Positions 8,298 through 18,410 of a stretch of DNA of 54,677 bases are shown here, piece after piece. The stretch's first letter is position 1, and each line of letters opens with the position of its first letter. The notes under the pieces were generated by a model. That model searched no databases, had not been told where the DNA came from, and saw only the letters and a program-made list of their open reading frames with translations. This DNA comes from an uncultured Candidatus Rokubacteria bacterium (GTDB lineage Bacteria; Methylomirabilota; Methylomirabilia; Rokubacteriales; DASRDR01), in NCBI GenBank assembly GCA_963708025.1, contig CAVPSB010000009.1, positions 1 to 54,677 on the forward strand, read 5' to 3'. A program made the position numbers and the translations under genes.

Positions 8298-10241
8298 ATG
8301 AAGCAAGACGACTCGGTTTCGAACCCGTCCGCCAACCCGACCTTCGAGCAGGTGCTCGCGGCGGGGCTGTCGCGGCGCCACGTCCTCCGGGGCGGCCTGG
8401 CCGCGGCGGGCCTCGCCCTCTTCGGCGATGCGGTGTCGGCACTCGCCGGCCGGCCGGCCGAGGCCGCCTCCGCCCTCCTGGGCTTCGAGGCGGTGCCGGT
8501 GTCGACCGCCGACGGGGTCACGGTGCCGCCCGGCTACTCCGCCCGGGTCCTGTACGCCTGGGGCGATCCCATCTCGGACGGGCCGGGCTTCCGGCCGGAC
8601 GCGGGCAACAGCGCCGAGGAGCAGGCGCTCCAGGCCGGGATGCACCACGACGCCATCCATTACTTCCCGCTCCCCCCGGGGTCGGGCGACTCGAGTCGCG
8701 GTCTCCTCGCCCTCAACCACGAGTACACCGACGACGGGCTCCTGCACCCGGGCGGAATGGAGCCCTGGACGGCCGACAAGGTCGCCAAGTCCCAGGCCGC
8801 CCACGGCGTGTCGGTCGTCGAGATCGCCCTGGCCGGCGACCGGTGGACCGTGGTGCGGCCGTCGCCTTACGCGCGCCGGATCACCGGACGGACCCCGATC
8901 CGCCTCGACGGACCGGCGGCTGGCCACCCGCGCCTCCGCACGGCGGCCGATCCCACGGGGGCGGTCGCGCTCGGCACCGTGAACAACTGCGCCTACGGCG
9001 CCACCCCCTGGGGCACCTATCTCACCTGTGAGGAGAACTTCAACGGCTACTTCGTGAATCCCTCCGGCGACGTGACCGGCGAGGCCGACGGTGACCAGAA
9101 GCTTCGCATCCTGCAGGGCCAGAGCCGGTACGGCATCACCAAGACCGGGTTCGGGTACCGCTGGCACGAGCACGACCCGCGCTTCGACGCGTCGCTCCAT
9201 CCCAACGAGCCGCATCGCTTCGGCTGGGTCGTCGAGATCGACCCGTTCGACCCGAAGAGCCAGCCGGTCAAGCACACCGCCCTCGGCCGCTTCAAGCACG
9301 AAGGCGCCGCGGTGACGCTGGCGCGCGACCGCCGGGTCGTCGTCTACATGGGGGACGACGAGCGCAACGAGTACATCTACAAGTTCGTCAGCGAGGGCCG
9401 GTACGACCCCGCGGACCCCGCCGCCAACCGGCGCCTCCTGGAGCGCGGCACCCTCTACGTCGCCCGCTTCGACGCCGGCGGCGGCGGGGAGTGGCGCGCC
9501 CTGGTCCACGGCGCCAACGGTCTCGATCCCGCGGCGGGCTTCGCCAGCCAGGCCGACGTCCTCATCGACACCCGGGCCGCCGCCGACCGGGTCGGCGCGA
9601 CCCGGATGGACCGCCCGGAGTGGATCGCGATTCACCCGAAGACGGGCGAGGCGTACTGCACCCTGACCAACAACACCCAGCGGGGCACCGACAAGGGTCC
9701 GGCCGTCGACGCCGCCAACCCGCGGCGCAACAACGTCTACGGCCACATCATCCGGTGGCGTGACGCCGGCGGGGACGCGGGCGCCGACCGATTCGAATGG
9801 GACATCTTCGTCTTGTGCGGCGACGCGGCCAGCCCGGACCCCGGCAAGCGGGGCACCATCAAGGGTGACATGTTCGGCTCGCCCGACGGGCTCTGGATCG
9901 ACGGCCGCGGGGTCCTCTGGATCGAGACGGACGTCTCGACCAGCGTGCTGAACAAGGGCGACTACGCGAACATGGGCAACAACCAGATGCTGACCGCCGA
10001 CCTGGCGACTGGCGAGATCCGCCGCTTCCTCACCGGACCCCGCGGCTGCGAGATCACCGGGGTGATCGGCACACCCGACGGCCGGTCGCTGTTCGTCAAC
10101 ATCCAGCACCCCGGCGAGCCCGCCAGCGAGCGAAGCGACCCGACGAAGCCGACTGCCGTCAGCACCTGGCCCGACGGCGGGCGCCCGCGCTCGGCCACCG
10201 TGGTCATCCGCCGGCAGGACGGCGGCCTCATCGGGACCTAG
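8298..10241 (+). CDS. phoX: PhoX-family alkaline phosphatase, Tat-exported
   Basis: SRRHVL Tat motif, NCAYGATPWGTYLTCEENF, GRFKHEG, MDRPEW, VNIQHPGE. Confidence 0.95.
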   Translation: MKQDDSVSNPSANPTFEQVLAAGLSRRHVLRGGLAAAGLALFGDAVSALAGRPAEAASALLGFEAVPVSTADGVTVPPGYSARVLYAWGDPISDGPGFRPDAGNSAEEQALQAGMHHDAIHYFPLPPGSGDSSRGLLALNHEYTDDGLLHPGGMEPWTADKVAKSQAAHGVSVVEIALAGDRWTVVRPSPYARRITGRTPIRLDGPAAGHPRLRTAADPTGAVALGTVNNCAYGATPWGTYLTCEENFNGYFVNPSGDVTGEADGDQKLRILQGQSRYGITKTGFGYRWHEHDPRFDASLHPNEPHRFGWVVEIDPFDPKSQPVKHTALGRFKHEGAAVTLARDRRVVVYMGDDERNEYIYKFVSEGRYDPADPAANRRLLERGTLYVARFDAGGGGEWRALVHGANGLDPAAGFASQADVLIDTRAAADRVGATRMDRPEWIAIHPKTGEAYCTLTNNTQRGTDKGPAVDAANPRRNNVYGHIIRWRDAGGDAGADRFEWDIFVLCGDAASPDPGKRGTIKGDMFGSPDGLWIDGRGVLWIETDVSTSVLNKGDYANMGNNQMLTADLATGEIRRFLTGPRGCEITGVIGTPDGRSLFVNIQHPGEPASERSDPTKPTAVSTWPDGGRPRSATVVIRRQDGGLIGT

Positions 10242-10244
10242 CCA

Positions 10245-10345
10245 GATCCTCGGAGGGGGTCTCGGAAGACCCCCTCCGAGGCCTCCCCACGGGAGAAGTT
10301 ACGGCGGCCGGTTCCGCGTGGGCAGCCGCTCGGAGCGGACCCCGG
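10245..10345 (+). repeat. Family-B structured repeat (after phoX stop)
   Basis: Perfect 15-bp hairpin CCTCGGAGGGGGTCT-CGGA-AGACCCCCTCCGAGG at 10248-10281. Confidence 0.8.
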
Positions 10346-10384
10346 CCCGCTACCCCCAGAAGCTCCTAGCCTGGCCGACTCACT

Positions 10385-10675
10385 TCACGACGAAGTGTCC
10401 CGGAAGCCGCAGCGACCGCAGCGGGGTGTGGGGTCGGGCTCCCAGATCACGAGCCAGCAGCAGGGGCACTCCCACGCGGCGCGCAGCGAGGCGGGCTCAG
10501 GCGTGCGCAGCAGGCGACCCATCAGAAGGGCCAGGCGCGGATCGCCGAGCCCGGTCACCAGCGCGGCGAGTTCGTGTCGCTCCACGGCATCCTCCGGTGT
10601 CTCCAGGGCGGTCGGTGCGACCGATCCCGGAGGCGACGCTAGAGCAGGCCGGTTGCGAAGGGATGACACCACCAT
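10385..10675 (-). CDS. Small protein with C-terminal Zn-ribbon (CPCC...CGRC)
   Basis: WECPCCWLVIWEPDPTPRCGRCGF; lies downstream of a leftward Pho-type promoter; start uncertain. Confidence 0.55.
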   Translation of the reverse strand: MVVSSLRNRPALASPPGSVAPTALETPEDAVERHELAALVTGLGDPRLALLMGRLLRTPEPASLRAAWECPCCWLVIWEPDPTPRCGRCGFRDTSS

Positions 10676-10816
10676 GAAGTTCGCGCGACCGGACGGGTGC
10701 GCCGGGCCACCGACCGGGCCGGTCAGTCGGGATGCCGAGTCGGCGGCGGGCGACGACCTGGCCACAGCCCGGGCAGAAGTAGGTCACGTCCACGATCACG
10801 CGGCGAACCCCGCGAG

Positions 10817-10872
10817 ACATTAGCCGACCCCGGTTGCGGCCCGATGACGGCAGGGTGACGTTCCGACGACGC
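10817..10872 (-). promoter_or_regulatory. Leftward Pho-box array and -10
   Basis: Minus-strand GTCGT 10870, GTCAC 10859, GTCAT 10848, GCAAC 10837; TAATGT at 10822-10817, 10 bp downstream. Confidence 0.7.
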
Positions 10873-10895
10873 CCACCCCGGTCGGCCGTCTGAAA

Positions 10896-10940
10896 ACGTC
10901 ACCCGCTCGTCATCCCCCGGACATCGAGGACGGGCAGACT
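10896..10940 (+). promoter_or_regulatory. Pho-box array and -10 for phoD
   Basis: GTCAC 10898, GTCAT 10909, GACAT 10920; CAGACT at 10935, 10 bp downstream. Confidence 0.7.
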
Positions 10941-10997
10941 GCGGCGCGAGTGGACAGCGACTCGACCTCGAATCGACCGGATCGGGAAGGAGATTCC

Positions 10998-12620
10998 ATG
11001 CCCAAGCACTCGCCCCACACTCCGTGGGTAGGCCGCCGCACCTTTCTCCGCTCGGCCGTGCTCGCGTCCGGAGGCCTCGTCCTCGGCGCGCGCCCGGCCC
11101 GGCCGGTCGCCGCGCAAGGGACGGCGCCGGCCGTCGTCACCTCCGACGCGATGCGTCCCCAGATCCCGTACGGCGCGATGACCGGCGATGTCAGCGGTGA
11201 CCGGGCGGTCGTCTGGAGCCGCGCCGATCGGCCCGCGCGCCTCATCGTCGAGTACTCGACGACCGAGTCGTTCCGCGACGTCCGCCGGGTGGTCGGCCCG
11301 GCCGCTCTCGCCGACAGCGACTTCACGGCCCGGGTGGACCTCGCCGGCTTGCCGCGGGGCCAGGAGATCTTCTACCGGGTCCTGTTCGAGGACCTGGCGA
11401 GCCCCCGGACGACGAGCGCCCCGATGCCCGGCCGCTTCCGCACGCCTCCGGCCGGCCGCGGCCCCGTCCGCTTCTGCTTCTCGGGTGACGAGGCGGGCCA
11501 GGGCTGGGGCATCAACCGCGAGTGGGGCGGGATGAAGCTCTACGAGGTGATGCGCCGGACCAACCCGGACTTCTTCATCCACTCCGGCGACCAGATCTAC
11601 GCCGACGGCCCGATCAAGCCCGAGGTCCCGCTGGAGGACGGCACGGTGTGGAAGAACGTGACCACCGAGGCCAAGTCCAAGGTGGCCGAGACGCTGGCCG
11701 AGTTCCGCGGCAACTTCGCGTACAACATGCTGGACGACAACCGGCGCCGCTTCGCGGCCGAGGTGCCGTACCTGGTCCAGTGGGACGACCACGAGGCCCG
11801 GAACAACTGGTACCCGGGGCAGACGATCGGGGACGAGCGTTACCGGGTGCGGAGCGCCTCGCTGCTGGCCGCTTACGCCAAGCGGGCCATGTTCGAGTAC
11901 AACCCGTTCCGGATCGATCCCGACGACGCCGAGCGGCTGTACCGCGGGGTCGCCTATGGACCCTCGCTCGAGGTGTTCATGCTCGACGAGCGCAGCTATC
12001 GGGGACCCAACACGCCCAACCGGCAGACCGCGCTCGACGCCGAGTCCGCGTTCCTCGGCGCCGAGCAGCTCCGCTGGATCAAGCGCGCCCTGCTGGCCTC
12101 CCGGGCGACGTGGAAGGTGATCGCCGCCGACATGCCGATCAGCATCGTGGTCCCCGACCTCAACCCCGACGTCCCCAAGGGCACGTACGAGGCCTGGGCG
12201 AACGGTGATCCCGGCGCGCCGCTCGGCCGGGAGCTGGAGCTGGCGAGCCTCCTTCGCTTCATCAAGGACAACGGCGTCCGCAACGTCGTCTGGATCACCG
12301 CCGACGTCCACTACGCGTCCGCCACCTACTACAACCCGGCCCGGGCGCGGTTCACCGACTTCCAGCCGTTCTGGGAATTCGTGGCCGGCCCCATCAACGC
12401 CGGCACCTTCGGTCCCGGCGAGATCGACCCGACGTTCGGCCCGGAGGTCCGCTACCGGAGCGTCCCCGACGGCATGAAGCAGAATCGGCCGCCGACGGAG
12501 GGTCGGCAGTACTTCGGCGCGGTGACGATCGACGGGGCGACCGAGGCGATGACGGTCACGCTCCACGACCTGGCCGGCACCACGCTCCACACGGTCAACC
12601 TGGAGCCGGAAGGGGTCTGA
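10998..12620 (+). CDS. phoD: PhoD alkaline phosphatase/phosphodiesterase, Tat-exported
   Basis: GRRTFL, HSGDQIYADG, QWDDHE, LDERSYR, TADVHY; AAGGAG RBS. Confidence 0.95.
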   Translation: MPKHSPHTPWVGRRTFLRSAVLASGGLVLGARPARPVAAQGTAPAVVTSDAMRPQIPYGAMTGDVSGDRAVVWSRADRPARLIVEYSTTESFRDVRRVVGPAALADSDFTARVDLAGLPRGQEIFYRVLFEDLASPRTTSAPMPGRFRTPPAGRGPVRFCFSGDEAGQGWGINREWGGMKLYEVMRRTNPDFFIHSGDQIYADGPIKPEVPLEDGTVWKNVTTEAKSKVAETLAEFRGNFAYNMLDDNRRRFAAEVPYLVQWDDHEARNNWYPGQTIGDERYRVRSASLLAAYAKRAMFEYNPFRIDPDDAERLYRGVAYGPSLEVFMLDERSYRGPNTPNRQTALDAESAFLGAEQLRWIKRALLASRATWKVIAADMPISIVVPDLNPDVPKGTYEAWANGDPGAPLGRELELASLLRFIKDNGVRNVVWITADVHYASATYYNPARARFTDFQPFWEFVAGPINAGTFGPGEIDPTFGPEVRYRSVPDGMKQNRPPTEGRQYFGAVTIDGATEAMTVTLHDLAGTTLHTVNLEPEGV

Positions 12621-12750
12621 GATCCTCGGGGGGGTCTCGGAAGACCCCCCCGATTCCCCCCAACTCGGAGGCCGCGGCGAAGCCGCGGCTCGAAATGGAA
12701 CACCTCGGCCGCGAGGCCGCGAACCAAAGCGTCGCGAGCGTCCATGGGCG
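12621..12750 (+). repeat. Family-B structured repeat (after phoD stop)
   Basis: GATCCTCGGGGGGGTCTCGGAAGACCCCCCCGA, then GCCGCGGC-GAA-GCCGCGGC and TGGAAC. Confidence 0.85.
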
Positions 12751-12835
12751 GTGTCGGCGGTCGCCCCGTGGCCGTGGTATGGTCCTGTATGGGTGGCGGC
12801 TGACGAACGGGCGTCGATCACCAGGGAGGCACTGG

Positions 12836-13693
12836 ATGGCGGGGTCCTGGATCGGGTCCGGCGAGCACAAGGAGCTGCTCTGCCGGTTCTTCATCGCCAC
12901 GCACGTCCCCTTCCAGCCGGCTGACATCGCCTGGCCCGAGCTGGACACGGACAGCCGGCGCCGTCTGGCCGCGCTCCCGATCTGGGAGGAGGCGGTCCGC
13001 ACCGAGGCGATGACGGCCCGGGCAGTGCTGGCCATGGGCGAGGCCGAGCCCGACCCGCGCCTGGCCGAGGCCATCCGCCTCCAGGGGTACGAGGAAGCGC
13101 GGCACGCCGAGCTGCTCGACCGGATGACCCGCCACTACGGCATCGCCATACCGCCCCACGCTCCGTCCGCGCCGCCCGACCCGGCCTGGGCCTTCATGCG
13201 CATCGGATACGGCGAGTGCTTCGACTCCTTCTTCGCCTTCGGCCTCTTCGCGCTGGCCCAGGAGTCCGGCTTCTTCCCGGCCAGCCTGGTGACGCTGTTC
13301 GAGCCCGTCATGCAGGAGGAGGCACGCCACATCATCTTCCACGTGAACTGGGTCGCCTACAGCCAGGCCCACCTGCCGTACACGCACCGGCCCTCGTACG
13401 TGTTCCGCCGAGGACTCGCGATGTGGCTCCAGCTCATCAGCCGGGTCCGGACGGCGCGTCAGGTCCAGAGCGCGGCCGACGGGACCCAGGACAACTTCAC
13501 GATGACGGCCCACACGTCGTTCGGAGAGATCACGCCGCGCGGGTTCATCGAGCTGTGCTTGCGGGAGAACGAGCGACGGCTGGCCCCGTACGACGAGCGG
13601 CTCCTCCGCCCCGCCTTCGTTCCCCGCGTCGCCCGCACGCTCCTGTCCACCCTGCCGGGCCGCTCCCCGCGGCAGCAGCCGGCCGAGCGGTAA
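12836..13693 (+). CDS. Ferritin-like (diiron) domain protein
   Basis: Two EEARH (ExxH) motifs; GGAGG RBS before ATG 12836. Confidence 0.8.
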   Translation: MAGSWIGSGEHKELLCRFFIATHVPFQPADIAWPELDTDSRRRLAALPIWEEAVRTEAMTARAVLAMGEAEPDPRLAEAIRLQGYEEARHAELLDRMTRHYGIAIPPHAPSAPPDPAWAFMRIGYGECFDSFFAFGLFALAQESGFFPASLVTLFEPVMQEEARHIIFHVNWVAYSQAHLPYTHRPSYVFRRGLAMWLQLISRVRTARQVQSAADGTQDNFTMTAHTSFGEITPRGFIELCLRENERRLAPYDERLLRPAFVPRVARTLLSTLPGRSPRQQPAER

Positions 13694-13749
13694 CGGCTGG
13701 CGGACTCGGCGCGGGTCAACGGTCGGACCTTCAGTCCTCGGATTCGGGA

Positions 13750-13986
13750 AGCATTTACTTCGACCGGATCGTGCCGTGGGCGGCGCGCCGCGGCGCGGGG
13801 CGCGATGGGGCCGAGCGCCTCACGCGGTACCTCTGGGCCGGCATCGAGCAGGGCGTGCCCCCCGAGACGGTGCACGCCGTCGCCACCGCCTGCGGCTTCG
13901 AGGCCGCCCTGCGCCGGGTCTGGTTCGGCATCCTCGGCGAGTACGTGGCGGTCAAGCCCCAGGGAGCGACGCCCGCGACTCGATAG
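13750..13986 (+). pseudogene. C-terminal remnant of a class I SAM methyltransferase
   Basis: YFDRIVPW...RYLWAGIEQGVPPETV...GF...FGILGEYVAVK resembles a UbiE-like C-terminus; no start codon or SAM motif. Confidence 0.5.
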
Positions 13987-14034
13987 ACAACCGACCGGAG
14001 TTGGACGACACTGATGCCGCCAGGAGGATTTCGG

Positions 14035-15435
14035 GTGAGCGTGACGTACGACTACGACCTCGTGTCGATCGGCAGCGGCCCGGCCGGCCAGCGGGCGGCC
14101 ATCCAGGCCGCCAAGCTGGGAAAGCGCGCCGCCGTCATCGAGAAGCGCCAGTGCCTGGGCGGCGTCTGCGTGGACACCGGGACGATCCCCAGCAAGACGC
14201 TCCGCGAGGCGGTCATCGCCTACGCCGGCCCGGGTGGCCGGTTCGACCGCCGCCGCGCCGGTCGCGCGGAGGGCCGGCCCACCGCGGACGCGCTGCTGGC
14301 CCGGGTCGAAGAGGTCGTCGCCCGCGAGGCGGAGGTGGTCGAGGACCAGCTCCGCCGGAACGACGTGGCGACGCTCCGCGGCGAGGGGGCGTTCGTCGAT
14401 CCCCACACCCTGGTGATCCGCGAGGGCGAGAGCTGGCGCCAGGTCAGGACCGAGCACGTGCTGATCGCCGTCGGCACCGGCCCCGTCCCGCCGCCCGGGG
14501 TGGCGGCCGACGGCCAGGTCGTCATGACGACCGACGACGTCATCCACCTCGAGTCCGTCCCCCGGACGATGGCCGTCGTCGGCGCCGGCGTCATCGGCGT
14601 CGAGTACGCCTCGATGTTCGCGGCGCTCGGGGTCCAGGTCACGCTGATCGAGAAGCGCGAGCGGTTCCTGGAGTTCCTCGACCGGGAGATCGTGGACGAG
14701 CTGATGCACCAGATGCGGGAGCGGAAGCTGACGTTCCGCCTGGGGGAGGCCGTGGAGCGGATCGAGGTCGCCGAGGGGCCACCCCGCCGCGCCGTCATCC
14801 TCCTGGAATCGGGCAAGCGGATCGTCGCCGACCTGGCGCTGTTCTCGGCCGGCCGGCTGGCCCTCAGCGGCCCGCTGAACCTCGCCGCCGCCGGCCTCAC
14901 CGCCGACGAGCGGGGCCGGCTCAAGGTCGACGCCGCCTTCCGCACCGCCGTGCCGCACATCTTCGCGGCGGGCGACGTCATCGGCTACCCGAACCTGGCC
15001 GCCACCTCGGCCGAGCAGGGGCGCCTGGCCGCCTGCCACGCCTTCGGCGTCGACGCCGGGACGATGGAGCCGCACTTCCCGATCGGGCTCTACTCCATCC
15101 CCGAGATCTCCATGGTCGGCGCGCCCGAGCACGAGCTGACCCTGCAGAAGGTGCCCTACGAGATCGGGATCGCGCGGTACCGCGAGATCGCGCGGGGCCA
15201 GATCCTGGGCGACGACAGCGGCCTCTTCAAGATGCTCTTCCACCGGGAGACGCGCCGCCTGCTCGGGGTGCACGCGATCGGTACCGGCGCCACCGAGCTG
15301 ATCCACATCGGGCAGGCCGTGCTGGGCCTCGGCGGCGGTCTCGACTACTTCCTGCGCACCGTCTTCAACTACCCGACGCTGGCCGAGTGTTACAAGGTCG
15401 CCGCCCTCGACGCCTCGAACAAGCTCGGCCGCTGA
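14035..15435 (+). CDS. sthA: Soluble pyridine nucleotide transhydrogenase
   Basis: GSGPAG, GGVCVDTGTIPSKTLREA (single Cys), FNYPTLAECYKVAALDASNKL. Confidence 0.9.
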   Translation: MSVTYDYDLVSIGSGPAGQRAAIQAAKLGKRAAVIEKRQCLGGVCVDTGTIPSKTLREAVIAYAGPGGRFDRRRAGRAEGRPTADALLARVEEVVAREAEVVEDQLRRNDVATLRGEGAFVDPHTLVIREGESWRQVRTEHVLIAVGTGPVPPPGVAADGQVVMTTDDVIHLESVPRTMAVVGAGVIGVEYASMFAALGVQVTLIEKRERFLEFLDREIVDELMHQMRERKLTFRLGEAVERIEVAEGPPRRAVILLESGKRIVADLALFSAGRLALSGPLNLAAAGLTADERGRLKVDAAFRTAVPHIFAAGDVIGYPNLAATSAEQGRLAACHAFGVDAGTMEPHFPIGLYSIPEISMVGAPEHELTLQKVPYEIGIARYREIARGQILGDDSGLFKMLFHRETRRLLGVHAIGTGATELIHIGQAVLGLGGGLDYFLRTVFNYPTLAECYKVAALDASNKLGR

Positions 15436-15448
15436 CGGCGATCCGCCC

Positions 15449-16886
15449 GTGCAGGCTACCCTCGAGCGCGAGCTGAAGCTCTCCGTCCGCCCCGGCTTCC
15501 GGCTCCCCGCCCTGCCCGGCGATCGGCTGCCGCCCCGGGTCTTCACCTCGACGTACTACGACACGCCGGACTATCGGCTGGCCCGCGCCGGCGTCACGCT
15601 GCGGCGTCGCACCGAGGGGCGGCGGGGTGCCTGGCAGCTCAAGCTCCCGCGGGGCGCCGCCCGCCTGGAGCTGGAAGTGGCGGGCGGGCCCGGACACCCC
15701 CCCGACGAGGTGCGTGAGCTGGTGACCGCGTACGCACGGGGCCACGAGCCGGCCCCGGTGGCGACGCTCCGCTCGCGCCGCACCGGCGTCCGCGTGCGGG
15801 GCCTGGCGGGCCCGATCGCCGACGTGGTCGTCGACGCCGTGGCGTTGCTCGACGGCCGGAAGGTGCTCCGCCGTCTCCGCGAGCTCGAGGTCGAGCTGCT
15901 CGACGGGGACGAGGCCGCGCTCGGCCAGATCGAGCAGACCCTCCGCGCGGCCGGCGCCGCCGATGGGGACGGGCGGCCCAAGCTCTTCCAGGCGCTCGAT
16001 CTGTCGCCCCCGGCGGCGCCGACTCCGCCCGACGCCACCGCGCCGGCCGCCGAGCACCTCGCCGCCATGATCGGGGCGCAGCTCGCCGCGATGCTGGCCC
16101 ACGACCCCGGCACGCGGCTCGGAAGCCACCCCGAAGACCTCCACCAGATGCGCGTGGCGACGCGGCGGCTCCGGGCCCTCCTGCGCGCCGCGCGGCCGAT
16201 GCTCGCCACCGAGTGGGTCGAGCCGCTCCGCGCGGAGCTGGCGTGGCTCGGCGATCTCCTGGGCCCGGTCCGCGACCTCGACGTCTTGCTCGGGCACCTC
16301 CGGGATCAGGCCGCGCTCCTGGCGCCGGCCGAGCGCCGCGCGTTCGCGACGGCTCCTCCGCCGCCTCGACGCCGAGCGGGGCCAGGCCCGCACCGCGATG
16401 CTCGACGCGCTCCGGAGCGAGCGGTACCTGCGCCTCCTCGAGCGGCTCGAGGACGGCGGCCGTGCCCCGCAGGTCGTCGCGCCGGAGACGTCGCTGGCCT
16501 CCATCGCGGGTGTCGAGTTCCGGAAGCTGCGCAAGGCCATGGCCGCGCTCGGGGAGGAGCCGACCGACGCGGAGCTGCACGCCATCCGGATCCGGGGCAA
16601 GCGCGCCCGCTACGCCGCCGAGCTGGCCGAGGCCGCCGTCGGGAAGCCGGCGTCGCGCTTCATCCGGAAGGCGCGGCTCTTTCAGGACGTGCTGGGAGAG
16701 CACCAGGATGCCGTCGTCGCCGAGGAGCGCCTCCGGCGGCTCATCGCCGAGAGCGGGGGCCGCCAGGCGGCCTTCGCGGCCGGGCGGCTGGTCGAGCGCC
16801 AGCACGCCCGCCGCGAGGCGGCGCGGGCGGCGCTGCCGGGGATCTGGAAGAAGGTGGAAAAGCGGGGACTGGCGGCGTGGCCGTGA
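15449..16886 (+). CDS. CYTH-CHAD domain protein (+1 frameshift near 16349)
   Basis: ERELKL, YYDT, ELEVEL (CYTH). LHQMRVATRRLR, LHAIRIRGKRARY, QDVLGEHQD (CHAD). Split over two frames. Confidence 0.85.
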
Positions 16887-17290
16887 GCGAGGTGGTGCGG
16901 GCCGCGGGCGGCATCGTCTCGCGGGCGAACGAGCGCGGCCAGCTGGAGGTCCTGCTCGTCTACCGCACCGAGCAGGACGACTGGACCTTTCCCAAGGGCA
17001 AGGCGCTCCTCGGCGAGACGGACGAGGCGTGCGCGCTCCGCGAGGTCGAGGAGGAGACCGGCCTCCGGTGCGCCATCCAGGCCGAGGTCGGGGAGGCCCG
17101 CTACCGGGACGGCGCCGGCCGGCGGAAGATCGTCCGTTACTGGGCGATGCGCCCGGTCGCCGGCACCGCCACCGCGCAGAGCGAGATCGACGCGATCCGC
17201 TGGGCCGCGCTCCCCGCCGCGGCCGGGCTTCTCACGTACGAGCGCGACCGCGCCGTGCTCGCCGCCTTCGCGGGCACCCGCCGCCACTGA
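16883..17290 (+). CDS. NUDIX hydrolase
   Basis: WTFPKGKALLGETDEACALREVEEETG Nudix box; GTGA overlap. Confidence 0.9.
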   Translation: MSEVVRAAGGIVSRANERGQLEVLLVYRTEQDDWTFPKGKALLGETDEACALREVEEETGLRCAIQAEVGEARYRDGAGRRKIVRYWAMRPVAGTATAQSEIDAIRWAALPAAAGLLTYERDRAVLAAFAGTRRH

Positions 17291-17516
17291 CCAGCCCGCC
17301 CCCGACCACCGACCCGGGCAGCGGAAAACAGCCGGAAAATCCGCGCGGATAGCCGCCCCGTCCGGCTGGCGTGGCGGCCGGGGCGCAGGACGGGCTTGAC
17401 GAGACGGCCCCGGGTGGGCTACGTATCGGTCCGTCCCACCGCGTTTTCGAGGAAGGCCGCCGGGTCCGCCGGCAGGCCCGGCTGCCGACTCACGCGATAC
17501 GACAGGAGGGAGACCC

Positions 17517-18254
17517 GTGGCTCAGGCGAAGAGCTCGAAGAGCAAGCCCAAGAGCGCTCATGGCACCCGCACCCTGGCGATCGACATCGGAGGGACCGGC
17601 CTCAAGGCCTCGGTCCTCGACCAGGAGGGCAAGATGCTGGTCGACCGGGTGCGCATCGAGACCCCGGTCGGCAGTCCCCCGGAGGGAATCGTCGAGGCCC
17701 TCGCGAAGCTCGTCGAGCCCCTCCCCGCCTACGACCGCGTCTCGGTCGGCTTCCCTGGTGTGGTCCGCAACGGCAAGATCCTGACGGCGCCCAACCTGGG
17801 CAGCAAGAGCTGGGTCGGCTTCGACCTCGGCAAGGCGATGACCAAGCGCCTCGGCCGGCCCACCCGGGTCTGCAACGACGCCGACATGCAGGGGCTGGCC
17901 GCGGTCCGGGGCAAGGGGGTCGAGCTGGTCATCACCCTCGGCACCGGCTTCGGCACCGCCCTCTACCTGGACGGTCGCCTGGCCCCGCACCTGGAGCTGG
18001 CGCATCATCCGTTCCGGAAGGGCGAGAGCTACGAGGAGCAGCTCGGCAACCCGGCTCGCAAGGCCGCCGGCGCCGCGAAGTGGAACAAGCGGATCCAGCG
18101 GGCGATCGGGAACCTTCGCGCGCTGCTGCACTTCGACCACCTGTACATCGGCGGCGGCAACGCCAAGAAGATCCAGTTCACGCCGGATCCCGACGTCACG
18201 GTCATCTCCAACGAGGCAGGGATCAAGGGAGGCATCGCGCTCTGGAAGGACTAG
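17517..18254 (+). CDS. ppgK: ROK-family polyphosphate glucokinase
   Basis: DIGGTGLK, NDADMQG, TLGTGFG, HLELAH, IGGGN; lacks the ROK Cys motif. Confidence 0.8.
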   Translation: MAQAKSSKSKPKSAHGTRTLAIDIGGTGLKASVLDQEGKMLVDRVRIETPVGSPPEGIVEALAKLVEPLPAYDRVSVGFPGVVRNGKILTAPNLGSKSWVGFDLGKAMTKRLGRPTRVCNDADMQGLAAVRGKGVELVITLGTGFGTALYLDGRLAPHLELAHHPFRKGESYEEQLGNPARKAAGAAKWNKRIQRAIGNLRALLHFDHLYIGGGNAKKIQFTPDPDVTVISNEAGIKGGIALWKD

Positions 18255-18255
18255 T

Positions 18256-18400
18256 GGGCACGGCCGATGAGCGTCGCATCGCGTCGTCCTCGGTCGTCGC
18301 CGATCCTCGGCGTCCTCGGAGTACGCCTGCGGTCGGCGACTCCCTGCGTCCATTGGACGGCCTTCGGCCTGTGGGCGCTGCTCGCTCCTCGGCCCCGCCC
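18256..18400 (-). repeat. Family-A structured MITE/REP-like element
   Basis: Terminal IRs GGGCACGGCCGATGAGC...GCTCCTCGGCCCCGCCC; core shared with copies at 20285, 47027 and 54530. Confidence 0.85.
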
Positions 18401-18410
18401 CCGGGAGCTT

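Noticed and set aside
6410-9031. 873-aa plus-strand ORF and similar long ORFs (8208-10109, 10899-12821, 21136-23400, 48416-50815, 52348-54414)
   Set aside because: Antisense or alternate-frame shadows of real genes in very GC-rich DNA; no recognisable motifs
16340-16360. Programmed ribosomal frameshift in CYTH-CHAD
   Set aside because: No slippery heptamer; similar indels are scattered across the window
15449-17290. Apparent CYTH-NUDIX fusion (613 aa)
   Set aside because: Artefact of the frameshift near 16349; NUDIX has its own GTG overlapping the CHAD stop
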